Part shown: positions 28,472-38,450 of the stretch, one piece after another | Layout: each line of letters begins with the position of its first letter | Position numbering within the stretch: position 1 is the first letter of the stretch | IMG/VR virus record: IMGVR_UViG_2914150438_000002 | Span: 11,170 to 75,169 of that record | Length of the DNA stretch: 64,000 bases | Reading direction: 5' to 3' (one strand) | Source: a virus | Lineage: Duplodnaviria > Caudoviricetes | Translations under genes and position numbers: made by a program | Notes under the pieces: model-generated | Databases searched by the model: none | Told to the model about the DNA's origin: nothing | Seen by the model: the letters and a program-made list of their open reading frames with translations, nothing else

Positions 28472-28554
28472 TTGACTCGCCTTTGCATACGCAAAGCGTC
28501 TCGCCCTTCGGGTCTTTTGCCTTCGCAAAATCTCATTCGCGCTTCGCTTGAATT
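28472..28554. repeat. Multi-hairpin mini-element, copy 2 (intergenic)
   Basis: Near-identical to 11964-12047; lies between the stop at 28470 and the TTGACA motif of the tail tube gene. Confidence 0.9.
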
Positions 28555-28573
28555 TGACACGCCTATATTTTGT

Positions 28574-28939
28574 ATGGCAAACGAAGCATACAAATTAAGA
28601 GGGACAAAGCAACCGATAGCCTTTGGGGTTGAAAAGCTCGAGGGCTACATAGTTGACGCTACGGAAGACACCGTAGAGGGACAGGAGCTTGAGGTGGAAA
28701 ACGAGGACGGCAATGTTGTCGCCCACTTTTCAGGTTTTGGGATAAAGTATAACAGGACGGCGAGCGTCATTCCTTTGTCAGACGCAAGCGCACCGAGTCC
28801 GGGAGATTCTTTCAAAATTGGCGAGAAGTTTGAGTTCATCGTAAAAAGTGTTAAGAAATCTCGAGCAAGAAAAGACGTAGAAAAGTGGGATTTGTCTGGA
28901 ACGTACTATCCAGAGGTTCCGATGGAACCGATTAGCTAA
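28574..28939 (+). CDS. Major tail tube protein (probable)
   Basis: ELEVENEDGNVV...ASVIPL...VKKSRARKDVEKWDLSG; position before chaperone and tape measure. Start reassigned to ATG 28574. Confidence 0.55.
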   Translation: MANEAYKLRGTKQPIAFGVEKLEGYIVDATEDTVEGQELEVENEDGNVVAHFSGFGIKYNRTASVIPLSDASAPSPGDSFKIGEKFEFIVKSVKKSRARKDVEKWDLSGTYYPEVPMEPIS

Positions 28940-29481
28940 TGGAATCCTTCTACGAGGCGTTTATAAATTGCGAACACAAGGTTTTAGGCAGGAGACTAAA
29001 GCCTTTTTGTTTGCGCCATTGCCTTTATCTTGAAGCGATAGGCTCTCCCATAATGCGCATTGTAAATGGTGAAGAAGTCTCAATATCAAGAAAAGACTTG
29101 GAACTTGCCGTAATTATTTGCTCTGCCGACAGAGATATAATAACGGCAATGAAACGTCCGAACTTCGGCTTGAGATTCCATAGATTTAATCGCGGTTTAA
29201 CGGCGTTTTTAGGGTATTTGACGGACTTTCTATCGCTTCCAGATATGTGGGATAGTTCTGAGGGAGAAAGAGCCATTAACGCGCCTTGGATACTCTCAAG
29301 GGCTACGCTACTACTTTCTAAGACAAATCTAACGCTTGGGGAGATTTGGAATATGCCGCTTGGCGAGCTTTTATGGTACTGTGCAAGTTTTGCGGAACAA
29401 GAGGGGCTTGGGCAAATACAGTCGGACGAAGAAAAGAAAATGATACTTGAAGCGGAGAGGGTAAAGAATGGCCTCAAGTGA
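28939..29481 (+). CDS. Tail assembly chaperone (probable)
   Basis: IWNMPLGELLWY resembles the gpT-like segment; located before the tape measure gene. Confidence 0.55.
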   Translation: MESFYEAFINCEHKVLGRRLKPFCLRHCLYLEAIGSPIMRIVNGEEVSISRKDLELAVIICSADRDIITAMKRPNFGLRFHRFNRGLTAFLGYLTDFLSLPDMWDSSEGERAINAPWILSRATLLLSKTNLTLGEIWNMPLGELLWYCASFAEQEGLGQIQSDEEKKMILEAERVKNGLK

Positions 29482-30943
29482 AATATTAGCTAAAATCGGC
29501 TTAAATTCGGCTGGATTTAAAACAGGGCTTGCGCAATGCAAACTTGCGGCTAACTCCTTTAAAAGTTCGATTGGGGGAATGTTCAAGAACTTGGGCGGTC
29601 AAGTGCTTGGAATGCTTGGGGTATCGGTTGGAATAGCGGGCTTAGGCGCGTTGGCGAAACAGACAATAGACCTTGGCGGTCACGTTGAGGATATGGCGAG
29701 GAATTTGCGCATGGGCAAAAGCGAATTTCAGACGCTTGCTTACGCCGCCAAACTTGCAGGCATGGAAGAAAGCCGCCTCGTAATGACGATGAACAATTTG
29801 AACTTGCGGACTATTGAAGCTTGCGACGGCAATAAAAGTTATCAAGAGTCCTTTAAGCGTCTTGGAATATCACTACAAGAATTTGCAACGCTTTCCCCTG
29901 ATAAAAAGATTGAAGCATTAGGGAACGCTTACAAAAAGTCGGGAGAAAGTCTTACGGCATTAAATGATATTTCGACAATATTGGGTCAAAAGACTGGAGC
30001 GCAAATGCTCGAAGTACTCGATAAAGTATCCACAGAGGGAATGGGAAAGCTTACCCAAGCTTCAATAGAAGCCGGGCACGTTATGGACGAGGAAACACTT
30101 GCCGCCCTTGCGAGGGCCGGAGATGAAATAGATAAGTGGCAAAACCGCATAACTGTAGCCTTTGGCGGATTTTTGGCGGATATGGGAAGTGCTATAGGAA
30201 GGCAAAAGTGGGGCTTAATAATTGGGCAGAAGCTCGCTCAAATGGGAGAATTTATCGAGACTGCGTTTCGTGATATATCCAACTATATTTTAGGCACATT
30301 TAACACCGTAGGACGGTACATAAATGGTCAATTCGGCAATTTTATTACTCCGATTAGAAACGCAATCACCGACTTTATAAGCTATCTCGGTAATGCGCTT
30401 GCTAAGATTGTCGGATATTTTGACTCAGATTGGGAGAGAGCAATAAACAAGGCTGTTAACGCCTTGGATAAGTTGAGGGAGGAATCAAATAAACTCTCCC
30501 AGAAAGATAAGGGAAAGAGCTTTTCAGAAATATTCACAGAGGAGATGGCTACTGCCAAACTTCAGAATGATACTCGCAAGCGTTCAGATTTATGGACCTC
30601 TGGCAGTGTAGATTGGTACAAGACGCAAATAGCCGAAGCCGAAAGACTGCGCGATATTGAAAAGCAAGCCCACATAGAAGCGGAAAATGCCCGCAAAGCA
30701 AAATACGCCGCCGCTGATGCCACACCCGAAATAAAGGACGCAGGGAAAGGCTCGAAGTCAAAATCTAAATCCCAGTATAACGACAGCTCTCTTGCTAAAA
30801 TCGGAGGCGGAGGTCTTACGGCAACCAGATACGATGTAGCAGAAAAGCAGCTCAATGAATCGAAAAAACAATCGAAGCTCTTAACGAAAATTGCTGAAAA
30901 TACCGAAAAGCAAAATTCGCAAAACGAGCTTCTTATGCGGTAA
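29468..30943 (+). CDS. Tail tape measure protein
   Basis: ILAKIGLNSAGFKTGL N-terminus, Ala/Gly-rich helical composition, charged C-terminus. Confidence 0.8.
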   Translation: MASSEILAKIGLNSAGFKTGLAQCKLAANSFKSSIGGMFKNLGGQVLGMLGVSVGIAGLGALAKQTIDLGGHVEDMARNLRMGKSEFQTLAYAAKLAGMEESRLVMTMNNLNLRTIEACDGNKSYQESFKRLGISLQEFATLSPDKKIEALGNAYKKSGESLTALNDISTILGQKTGAQMLEVLDKVSTEGMGKLTQASIEAGHVMDEETLAALARAGDEIDKWQNRITVAFGGFLADMGSAIGRQKWGLIIGQKLAQMGEFIETAFRDISNYILGTFNTVGRYINGQFGNFITPIRNAITDFISYLGNALAKIVGYFDSDWERAINKAVNALDKLREESNKLSQKDKGKSFSEIFTEEMATAKLQNDTRKRSDLWTSGSVDWYKTQIAEAERLRDIEKQAHIEAENARKAKYAAADATPEIKDAGKGSKSKSKSQYNDSSLAKIGGGGLTATRYDVAEKQLNESKKQSKLLTKIAENTEKQNSQNELLMR

Positions 30944-30967
30944 TTTTTGACAATGCGGCTTTCTATA

Positions 30968-31654
30968 ATGAAAGTACGCTTACAAAACGGAGAAGTTTGT
31001 TTTCTTAGGGATTCTGGAGAGAGAACAGTATCGGAGGATTCTGTTGCGACGTGTTCTGCTACTTGGTTTTGTTATCCATATTCGGCGGCAAGCGCAAATT
31101 CGCCTATAATAAACAAGTCCGTTCACCCGATATGGAACGGTTTGTATTGCAAATCGGTTTCCATAAAAAAGTACGGCGATGGGGCTTTAATAACTGCGCA
31201 ATACGAAGGTGCCGAGTCATGGAGTTCAACAAGCGACCAGCATGAAAACACGGTTGAAGTTTCCTGCACAATGCGCGAGGAACCTATTGAAAGCCACCCG
31301 AATTTTGAAAGTTGGGCTGGGACTCCTCAAAAACCTAATTGCGGAATATTCGACGAGGACGGGAAGTTCACAGGGTGGAATTCCAAGACAGAAGGCGGCA
31401 AGATTATGGCGGGGGTAAAGAGCTACCTTGTCCCCTCATATTCGGGAACTGTGAGCTACATTTCAAAGGGGGTGCCGAGTCTCGGCGGCATAGGAAGAAT
31501 AGGCGGTGGAGGAGGATTGCCGTCTGTTGGCGGAATGTACCAATGGATGTGCACAGGGATTTCCTACCAGAGTATGTCTGACGGCAATTATAAGGTTTCG
31601 GAAACTTACCTTTTAAGCGGTCCAAGAGGGTGGAACAGATATATATACAGCTGA
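30968..31654 (+). CDS. Tail tip/baseplate-region protein
   Basis: Position after the tape measure gene; REEPIESHPNF motif. Confidence 0.5.
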   Translation: MKVRLQNGEVCFLRDSGERTVSEDSVATCSATWFCYPYSAASANSPIINKSVHPIWNGLYCKSVSIKKYGDGALITAQYEGAESWSSTSDQHENTVEVSCTMREEPIESHPNFESWAGTPQKPNCGIFDEDGKFTGWNSKTEGGKIMAGVKSYLVPSYSGTVSYISKGVPSLGGIGRIGGGGGLPSVGGMYQWMCTGISYQSMSDGNYKVSETYLLSGPRGWNRYIYS

Positions 31655-31718
31655 CTTTAATCTAAAACTGAAGGGATATTTGCGATAGCAAATCCCGCCT
31701 CTTTAGGAATAATAAAAA

Positions 31719-33794
31719 ATGCTTAAGGATTTAGGAAATCAGAAACTCCCGCGATTTAAGGCGGGCGCACCTTTGTTGGAACAGGTCACTGCAGAGCGAA
31801 TGAACGATATTTGCTCTATGATAGAGGCGTGCCGTTTGCAAAATGGCGTTGGCTACACAATGAATCGTTCAGTTGGCGGAACGACGCTTACCATATTGGA
31901 TATGGCGTCAGCTTCAAAAGTGAAACTTTGGAATATAAACTTTGATGACAACATATCGCTTTCCGCCTTGGAAATTTCCGCAGATGTTCTTGAACATTTG
32001 GAAGATATAGTAGCCGATGTATTGCCAGACACGGAGGAATATCAGAGCAACATTCAGACATATCTAAATCAAGTTATAGGCACTCACAAATCTGGTGAAG
32101 CTGGAACAGCCGACGGCCTTTCAGAGAAAATAAAAGAACTCTTTGAACCTTACAGGGAACAGATAGAAGATGCCATACGGGAATATCTTGAATCTATCGA
32201 CCCCGCCTTTGTGGTGCGAAGCAATATTCAAAGCTATTTTAGTTCACACGACCAAAGTCCACACTCGGGAGATATGATATGGAATGCAAGATATGGTCTT
32301 TGCTATGCCATTTTTAAGGAGGTCAAAAATAGCGATGATACTTCTTTCCCAGAGGAAAATGGACTTTACTCGATATTGTTTACAGTCTCCGATGTCCGCT
32401 ATTTTGCCTTATATCTTGGACCAGTTGAAAACCCGGAAAAATTTTTAGAGACTCTCACTGGATTTGTGGGGAAAACCATAGGCGATGTTGTAGGAAATCT
32501 TACGGAGGGCAATGCTTCCGCCTATCTAAATGCCACTGCCGCCGCCTTAAAGGCACTTTGGGACGATATACCAGAGCCGATTCCCGGTCCTATGGGGCCG
32601 CAAGGTCCTAAAGGAGAGGACGGTAAAGATGGCCAAGATGGGGAAAAGGGAGAAAAAGGCGACAAGGGGGATAAAGGTGATAAAGGCGATACTGGAGACC
32701 AAATAATAGAAAGAGTTGTCGATAGTGGAGCCTATGACGACACCGAATTGCGCAATCTCGTTAAGCAACTTTCGGACTTATTGGATAAACAGACCGAGAT
32801 TATCAATAACAATATCCAAGAAATTGACGGCTTAAAAATCTGGCGAACTGGCACGGAAGGCGAACTTCGTGCTATTGAAATCGAAATCCAGAATATAAAA
32901 ACTCGTTTAAGTGAACTCGCGGGAGAAGACCAACGTATATGGGCGGAAATTTCCAATCTTTGGAACGCAATTCGGAATATTCCCAAAGGCGAAAAAGGAG
33001 ACCAAGGAGAGGTTGGCCCGCAGGGTCCTCAAGGAATTCAAGGACCAAAGGGTGACAAAGGCGACAAGGGGGATACTGGGCCAATGGGACCTCAAGGACC
33101 CGCAGGCGGAAGTGGCGGAGAACAAGGCCCTATGGGACCGCAAGGACCAAAGGGAGATAAAGGTGACAAAGGAGACACTGGCGCACAAGGTCCAATGGGA
33201 CCGCAGGGTCCTCAGGGAATAAAAGGTGACACTGGTCCGCAAGGTCCCCAAGGAATCCAAGGCCCGAAAGGTGATAAAGGAGATGCAGGAGATGTTTCGG
33301 CAATAAGTGCATCGCTTGCTTCTCTTGAAAGTAGAATGGCAAATGCCGAGGGTAGAATTTCCGCAAATGAAACTGCAATTTTGAATATGCGGCAAGATAT
33401 TGACTACGTTAAGCGGACAATAGATTCAGCCGTGAATGTTGCGCTTGTAGATGCCAATGGGAACGTCGCCAATGTCAAAGTATTGCAACACGCGCAAGGC
33501 AATGAACTTATGACGGAAATATACTACTTTGACCCCGTGAGCAATATGATGACAGCTACCAAAGTATTTTCAAATGCCTCAAACGCAGTCGTGACGGATT
33601 GGAAGCCTACCGAAATTCAGTTCGTTCTTCCGAATGGCGAAAGCGCAAGTATTACGATACTGGCAGATAGTTCCACATTGCAGGCTCTCGGAACGGTATT
33701 CCAGTCGGAGGGGTGCGAAGTATGCGAAGGGGGTTCAACCATAGTTAAGTATTTTCTTACGTCCGGCGTGGGGAGTGGCCCTGAGGGGAATTGA
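31719..33794 (+). CDS. Tail protein with collagen-like triple-helix and coiled-coil segments
   Basis: Two Gly-X-Y blocks ([16 protein letters not shown]...). Confidence 0.75.
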   Translation: MLKDLGNQKLPRFKAGAPLLEQVTAERMNDICSMIEACRLQNGVGYTMNRSVGGTTLTILDMASASKVKLWNINFDDNISLSALEISADVLEHLEDIVADVLPDTEEYQSNIQTYLNQVIGTHKSGEAGTADGLSEKIKELFEPYREQIEDAIREYLESIDPAFVVRSNIQSYFSSHDQSPHSGDMIWNARYGLCYAIFKEVKNSDDTSFPEENGLYSILFTVSDVRYFALYLGPVENPEKFLETLTGFVGKTIGDVVGNLTEGNASAYLNATAAALKALWDDIPEPIPGPMGPQGPKGEDGKDGQDGEKGEKGDKGDKGDKGDTGDQIIERVVDSGAYDDTELRNLVKQLSDLLDKQTEIINNNIQEIDGLKIWRTGTEGELRAIEIEIQNIKTRLSELAGEDQRIWAEISNLWNAIRNIPKGEKGDQGEVGPQGPQGIQGPKGDKGDKGDTGPMGPQGPAGGSGGEQGPMGPQGPKGDKGDKGDTGAQGPMGPQGPQGIKGDTGPQGPQGIQGPKGDKGDAGDVSAISASLASLESRMANAEGRISANETAILNMRQDIDYVKRTIDSAVNVALVDANGNVANVKVLQHAQGNELMTEIYYFDPVSNMMTATKVFSNASNAVVTDWKPTEIQFVLPNGESASITILADSSTLQALGTVFQSEGCEVCEGGSTIVKYFLTSGVGSGPEGN

Positions 33795-34132
33795 TTATGG
33801 TAAGAATAAAAGCAAAATGCGACGATAATTGCGATTGTCAGACGCGAATTATAGCCAAGTACACAACAAGTCGTGATAATCCAGTTTGGGATTTAACGCC
33901 GTACCAAGGCGCGGGAATAGGAATGCCCAATACATATTGGAGGCTTGTTGAGAGAGATTATCTTCTGGAATACAATAGGGGAAGGATAGATGAAAGCGGA
34001 ACTCTTGTAGGGCTTCCAAACGAATTTAGGTCAACTTATATATACGAGGGATTTATGGAACTCCAACAAGGGTGTTCAAATCCTTGCTGTACGCCAAGTG
34101 TTGGTTGTGAAGACGATGTATCGTGGCCATAG
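33791..34132 (+). CDS. Hypothetical Cys-containing tail-region protein
   Basis: ORF coupled to both neighbours. Confidence 0.5.
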   Translation: MIMVRIKAKCDDNCDCQTRIIAKYTTSRDNPVWDLTPYQGAGIGMPNTYWRLVERDYLLEYNRGRIDESGTLVGLPNEFRSTYIYEGFMELQQGCSNPCCTPSVGCEDDVSWP

Positions 34133-35094
34133 GAGAATATGCAATGTTCGATTTTAAAGAAGAAATATGCTCCCACATGCCGTTTATAGCTTATGGGAAA
34201 GCTCCCGATTTTGAGCCAAAGGCATTTTGCTGTTTGATGTTAAATGGCAAATGGAAGCTCCATCACTTTTACAATGGCAAGTGGGAACGGGTAAATACAG
34301 GATTGCCAGACGACGCCACAGAGTGTTCCCCAACTGCCGAATGGAAAGGCGCTAAATGGCATTTATCATTTATAGCGGGCGGATTTGGAGACGATAGAAG
34401 GTATTATCTTTATCGAATTGATGATTTGGACAATCCAATAGCTGAAAAAGTGTGCCTTGCAGATGTAGGCTTCATCTGGAAAAATCAAATCGTTTACGCC
34501 ACTCGGGGCGGAGAACTAAGCATAAGCGGCATACAAGGCACAAAGAATTTTCATTTTAATGATGTAGAATGGCTTTATAGGGTATCTTACAATCCAGACA
34601 ATCCTCACGAACTTCTTATATCTGGGCAGAAGAAAGGCGGCTACATTTTCTCTTGGATTTTTAATCCTTCAAAAAAATACCTATATGACTTGTCCGACAA
34701 TGGAGATGTTGCGTATAAGGCGGCTCTATTTAACGGCAAATGTTATTATGCAAAGCGCGGCAACGGTGGCTTTGAAGATAGACACATTGTAATGGCACAA
34801 AACCTGCGAATAAGTGAACTTTCATATGACGATATTGTCGGGAATTCGCAGGAGGCAAATTCGCCGAGCATGCTTAAAATGCTCCAGAACTTTACAAGTG
34901 CTACCTTTCGTTGGGCGAGTGCAGGCTTTAAGATAGCAGACGATGAAACCTTGGCAAAACGCCAAGCATTTTGCGATACATGCCAATATTGGAAGGCTTC
35001 CGCCCGCCTTGGAATGGGGAAATGCCTAAAGTGCGGTTGCACGTCTTTAAAGCTTAAATTCGATACTGAAAAGTGTCCAGTAGGGAAGTGGTAA
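34123..35094 (+). CDS. Hypothetical protein with C-terminal Cys-rich metal-binding motif
   Basis: CDTC...CLKCGC...CPVGKW at the C-terminus; beta-rich N-terminal region. Confidence 0.6.
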   Translation: MAIGEYAMFDFKEEICSHMPFIAYGKAPDFEPKAFCCLMLNGKWKLHHFYNGKWERVNTGLPDDATECSPTAEWKGAKWHLSFIAGGFGDDRRYYLYRIDDLDNPIAEKVCLADVGFIWKNQIVYATRGGELSISGIQGTKNFHFNDVEWLYRVSYNPDNPHELLISGQKKGGYIFSWIFNPSKKYLYDLSDNGDVAYKAALFNGKCYYAKRGNGGFEDRHIVMAQNLRISELSYDDIVGNSQEANSPSMLKMLQNFTSATFRWASAGFKIADDETLAKRQAFCDTCQYWKASARLGMGKCLKCGCTSLKLKFDTEKCPVGKW

Positions 35095-35118
35095 TTTTGA
35101 CAATGTGCGTTTTCTTAT

Positions 35119-37422
35119 ATGACGCTATACATTGACATAGAGAACAAGAAGCTTGTCCAAAGTATTACCTCAGACCGTTCGGTTTCTACTCCCGTTTTTA
35201 TGCAGGGAGACAAGGAACCACTGGAAATCTTCTTATTGGAAAAAGGCGAGGACACAATATTTAGCCCAAAGGTCTTGACTGTCGGCACCGACTTCTTGCG
35301 GGTGGCCATTGCAAGATTTAAGGGTTACCCCAAATCCTTGACCTATGCAAGCGGCTATACGCTCAATCCTAATGGCGGGGCGGAAGTCTTGTTGCCCCTT
35401 AACACAAAGGACATTGAAATAGCCCTCCAAGAACAGGAATATATTTCCGCCTTTTTGGAGGTGGAATATTCCAATACCGACGGCAGGGTTATCACTGTAT
35501 TGCAGACTGCTTGCAGAGTAAAAAATGACCTAATCGACAATGCACCGAGAGTTGAACTCCAAGAGCAGTTTTACGACAAAGTCTATGTTGACGAGGTGTT
35601 TTCAAAGAAGTCCGCAAACCTTTCAGACTTGGCAGACAAGGCGGCTTCGCGCACAAACCTCGGCGTATATTCAAAGTCCGAAACCGATGCTAAAGACGCA
35701 TTGGCCTTAGAAAAGGCGTCCAATCTTTCGGACCTTGCTAATAAAGAGACTGCAAGAAGCAATCTCAGTGTATATTCAAAATCTGAGGTCGATTCAAAGC
35801 ACGAGCTTGACCTAAAAAAGGCTGAAAACCTTTCCGATTTGGCTGATACAGAGCAAGCAAGATCCAATCTCGACGTCCCGCAAGTTTGCGAACTTGCCCC
35901 TTTGGGAAGTTCGGGAATAATCTCTCGGGGTTCTCTTACAATATCGGGTTCATACGGCTATGGGATAGGCGACGACTTTCCCCAAGGTGAAAAGAAATGG
36001 ACGTTTCTAACTACATACCTTTCGAGAGACAAAGGAGGTACATTATTTTCATCTGCATATACAGATTATAATTACTTTTACCCCGCTATTTCAGCAGACG
36101 GGAGTAAATTAGACGCGGGGTATATTTATTCGTACGATAGTGAAACCGGTACCGATAATAGCCGAGAAGTTTTATTCCCTATTTCAAATCCAATTAAATA
36201 TGGAGATAAAATAGCAATGACTTTGGACGACCGAGATTTCAAGCTCTATAAGGGATTGGAGCTTGTCGCATCGGGAACAATACCGGACGAATTGTACATA
36301 TACAGCGCATCGAGCTTCTTGTCTTGGAAGGGATTAAAGAAGGATATTGTGTATTCTTGCTCGATGATTTTACCACTCACATCGGCAGAGGGTACTTCGT
36401 CCAAGTTGAACTATTCCATTGAAGACTATATGAACGGAGAATATCCGCCCAAGACTATTTTGAGTTCAAGATTCTACAATGTAAAAACGACCTTTCTCTC
36501 GACATTCTCATACTCTAACTCGGGGATACAATGTGTTGGCGGCGCAAGTATTGGCAATAAGTCAAACTGCCTAAAAATTTCGCTTAAGGTTTTAACTTAC
36601 AGCTACTCAAGGGAGTACAACCTGCCCGTTAACTCATTTTCGGCAAGTGGAATAAAGTATCGAATAAAATTTAACGTATATCTGCCGACCACAAATCCCA
36701 ATGTCTCTAAACTACAATTAAAACTTGGGAGTTATGCCTTAAGCACAGCAGGTACTATTATATCAAAAACCGATAACATTGATAATAGGGGATATATCCA
36801 ACCCAAAGATGAGTGGCAGGAAGTAGATGTCACTCTAAGAATGAAATATACGGGCACTCCCAAGCTTTGCCTTTTAAAGGGAAGTTCTAGCTATTATAGA
36901 GTAGAAGAAGAAACTACAGATGCTGTTTATGTAAGAGACATATATGCTTGGGGCATGGAAGGAATAGAAGGTCTCTTTTATGGGAACACTGAATGTGACT
37001 TCTGGATAAACAAGGGAGCTTCAAAATATAACTTAACACACTACAATGGGTATTCATTGCCTTGCTACGGTTCAAAGACCTATCTGCATAAAATTAAAAT
37101 ATCTGCATTTAACAACTCGTATTTCGAGTATTTTGATAGCTCCATCGCAGGATTGGCTCTATCGCAAATAATTCTGAAATTCGATGGCAATGTAGCTGAT
37201 ACTTCACAAGAGGAAGATGATAATATCAAGAATATCTTTGTTATGAATCTAAACGGCTATGAAATCTGCCGAGAACAAATACCCGCCGTTAATGCGGGCA
37301 TGGCTTACAATATATATCCGCATAAGGGTATTAACAATTATTTTAGCAGTATAGACGTAATGCCTATGTATAGCTGTTCTTGTGGGGGTACGATAGACTT
37401 AATCTTTACCAAAACAGACTAA
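35119..37422 (+). CDS. Tail fibre/receptor-binding protein
   Basis: Three ~33-aa (A/S)NLSDLAD...R(T/S)NLxV repeats, followed by a divergent Tyr/Ser-rich C-terminal region. Confidence 0.7.
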   Translation: MTLYIDIENKKLVQSITSDRSVSTPVFMQGDKEPLEIFLLEKGEDTIFSPKVLTVGTDFLRVAIARFKGYPKSLTYASGYTLNPNGGAEVLLPLNTKDIEIALQEQEYISAFLEVEYSNTDGRVITVLQTACRVKNDLIDNAPRVELQEQFYDKVYVDEVFSKKSANLSDLADKAASRTNLGVYSKSETDAKDALALEKASNLSDLANKETARSNLSVYSKSEVDSKHELDLKKAENLSDLADTEQARSNLDVPQVCELAPLGSSGIISRGSLTISGSYGYGIGDDFPQGEKKWTFLTTYLSRDKGGTLFSSAYTDYNYFYPAISADGSKLDAGYIYSYDSETGTDNSREVLFPISNPIKYGDKIAMTLDDRDFKLYKGLELVASGTIPDELYIYSASSFLSWKGLKKDIVYSCSMILPLTSAEGTSSKLNYSIEDYMNGEYPPKTILSSRFYNVKTTFLSTFSYSNSGIQCVGGASIGNKSNCLKISLKVLTYSYSREYNLPVNSFSASGIKYRIKFNVYLPTTNPNVSKLQLKLGSYALSTAGTIISKTDNIDNRGYIQPKDEWQEVDVTLRMKYTGTPKLCLLKGSSSYYRVEEETTDAVYVRDIYAWGMEGIEGLFYGNTECDFWINKGASKYNLTHYNGYSLPCYGSKTYLHKIKISAFNNSYFEYFDSSIAGLALSQIILKFDGNVADTSQEEDDNIKNIFVMNLNGYEICREQIPAVNAGMAYNIYPHKGINNYFSSIDVMPMYSCSCGGTIDLIFTKTD

Positions 37423-37426
37423 AATC

Positions 37427-37693
37427 ATGAATAAATATATCACTATAGTAGAACTCGGCGAGGACGCCACCGACTTTGCCCAAATTATCGGTATAAGAGG
37501 TTTTGAAGCTTCACGATATATATGTGATGCCATAGATCCCGAAGGCAATAGAATTCACGGACAAACCTTTACGCTTCCAAAGAGTATTGAAGGTTTACCG
37601 CCCAATAAAGAAGCTATAAAAAGCGATGTGCTTGCCTCTTGGAAATCTGAAGAAGCCAAGCGCAAAAGAACCGAACAAATTGACACGCTGTAG
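37427..37693 (+). CDS. Hypothetical protein (possible fibre chaperone)
   Basis: 88-aa ORF after the fibre gene. Confidence 0.5.
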   Translation: MNKYITIVELGEDATDFAQIIGIRGFEASRYICDAIDPEGNRIHGQTFTLPKSIEGLPPNKEAIKSDVLASWKSEEAKRKRTEQIDTL

Positions 37694-37699
37694 TCTTGT

Positions 37700-38167
37700 A
37701 TGGAACTAATAACATCACTTTGGGATAGCGGTATTTTAGGCGGAATTGCCACTATGATTGTAACGATTGTCGGGCAGTTATCCGCATTGAATACCCAAAA
37801 GTTTACAGCGGTTTTAGAAACGTTACAAAAGCAACAGACTGCCGATGTAGCCGCTCACGATGCCGCCTTTGCTCGTAGCGGAGACGGAGGCGTATTTGTA
37901 AGGAGGACTATGCTTTTTATGGCCTTTGCCATACTCGGTTTATGCCCGTTTATATTCGCCTTCTTTGAGGATATACCAGTGGCTGTCGAAACTCTCGAAC
38001 AGAGCGGCGGCTGGCTCTGGGGATTGATTCCCGAAAAGGAAAGCTTTGCGGTGGCATATGTGAAAGGATTTTACCTCGCCGACGTCTGGAAGGAGCTTAT
38101 GGCAAACCTCATATCGGCGTACATTGGAGCGGGTATCACTCGAAAAGCTTTTAGCATTGGGAAATGA
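37700..38167 (+). CDS. Holin-like membrane protein
   Basis: Two or three hydrophobic segments (ILGGIATMIVTIVG; MLFMAFAILGLCPFIFAFF; LISAYIGAG). Confidence 0.55.
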   Translation: MELITSLWDSGILGGIATMIVTIVGQLSALNTQKFTAVLETLQKQQTADVAAHDAAFARSGDGGVFVRRTMLFMAFAILGLCPFIFAFFEDIPVAVETLEQSGGWLWGLIPEKESFAVAYVKGFYLADVWKELMANLISAYIGAGITRKAFSIGK

Positions 38168-38367
38168 GCGAGGAGTCTAAAGAGCTTGAACTTGTCGAGA
38201 AACGCCTTGATGTCCTTGAAAGAACCTTGTTTGGCAATGGACATAAAGGACTAAAGGCGGAACTCGTGGAACTCAAAACCCAAATCGAAACCTTTAAGCG
38301 CATAGCCGTATGGCAGATTGGTATTTTGGTCGCTATTTTCTGTGCGGTTTTAAAAAATATTTGGTGA
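38164..38367 (+). CDS. Small coiled-coil protein with C-terminal transmembrane helix (lysis-region)
   Basis: VEKRLDVLERTLFGNGHKGL...IAVWQIGILVAIFCAVL. Confidence 0.6.
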   Translation: MSEESKELELVEKRLDVLERTLFGNGHKGLKAELVELKTQIETFKRIAVWQIGILVAIFCAVLKNIW

Positions 38368-38450
38368 AACCTTGCAACTAAACTGCAACTGAGCGATGCC
38401 ATTAAAAAATGGAGATGTTGGTAATTAAGGACTTACAAATCTTGTCCAAT

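Noticed and set aside
28472-28573. N-terminal extension MTRLCIRKASRPSG... of the tail tube ORF in the ORF track
   Set aside because: It is translation of mini-element copy 2 from a TTG; the ATG at 28574 fits the TTGACA-N14-ATG pattern.
28939-29481. Programmed G/GT-type frameshift in the tail chaperone
   Set aside because: One continuous 180-aa ORF already fills the space up to the tape measure gene; no second frame is needed.
32580-33290. GGN-rich tandem repeats
   Set aside because: Explained by ordinary collagen-like Gly-X-Y coding; not a separate element or a DGR template, and no reverse transcriptase is present.
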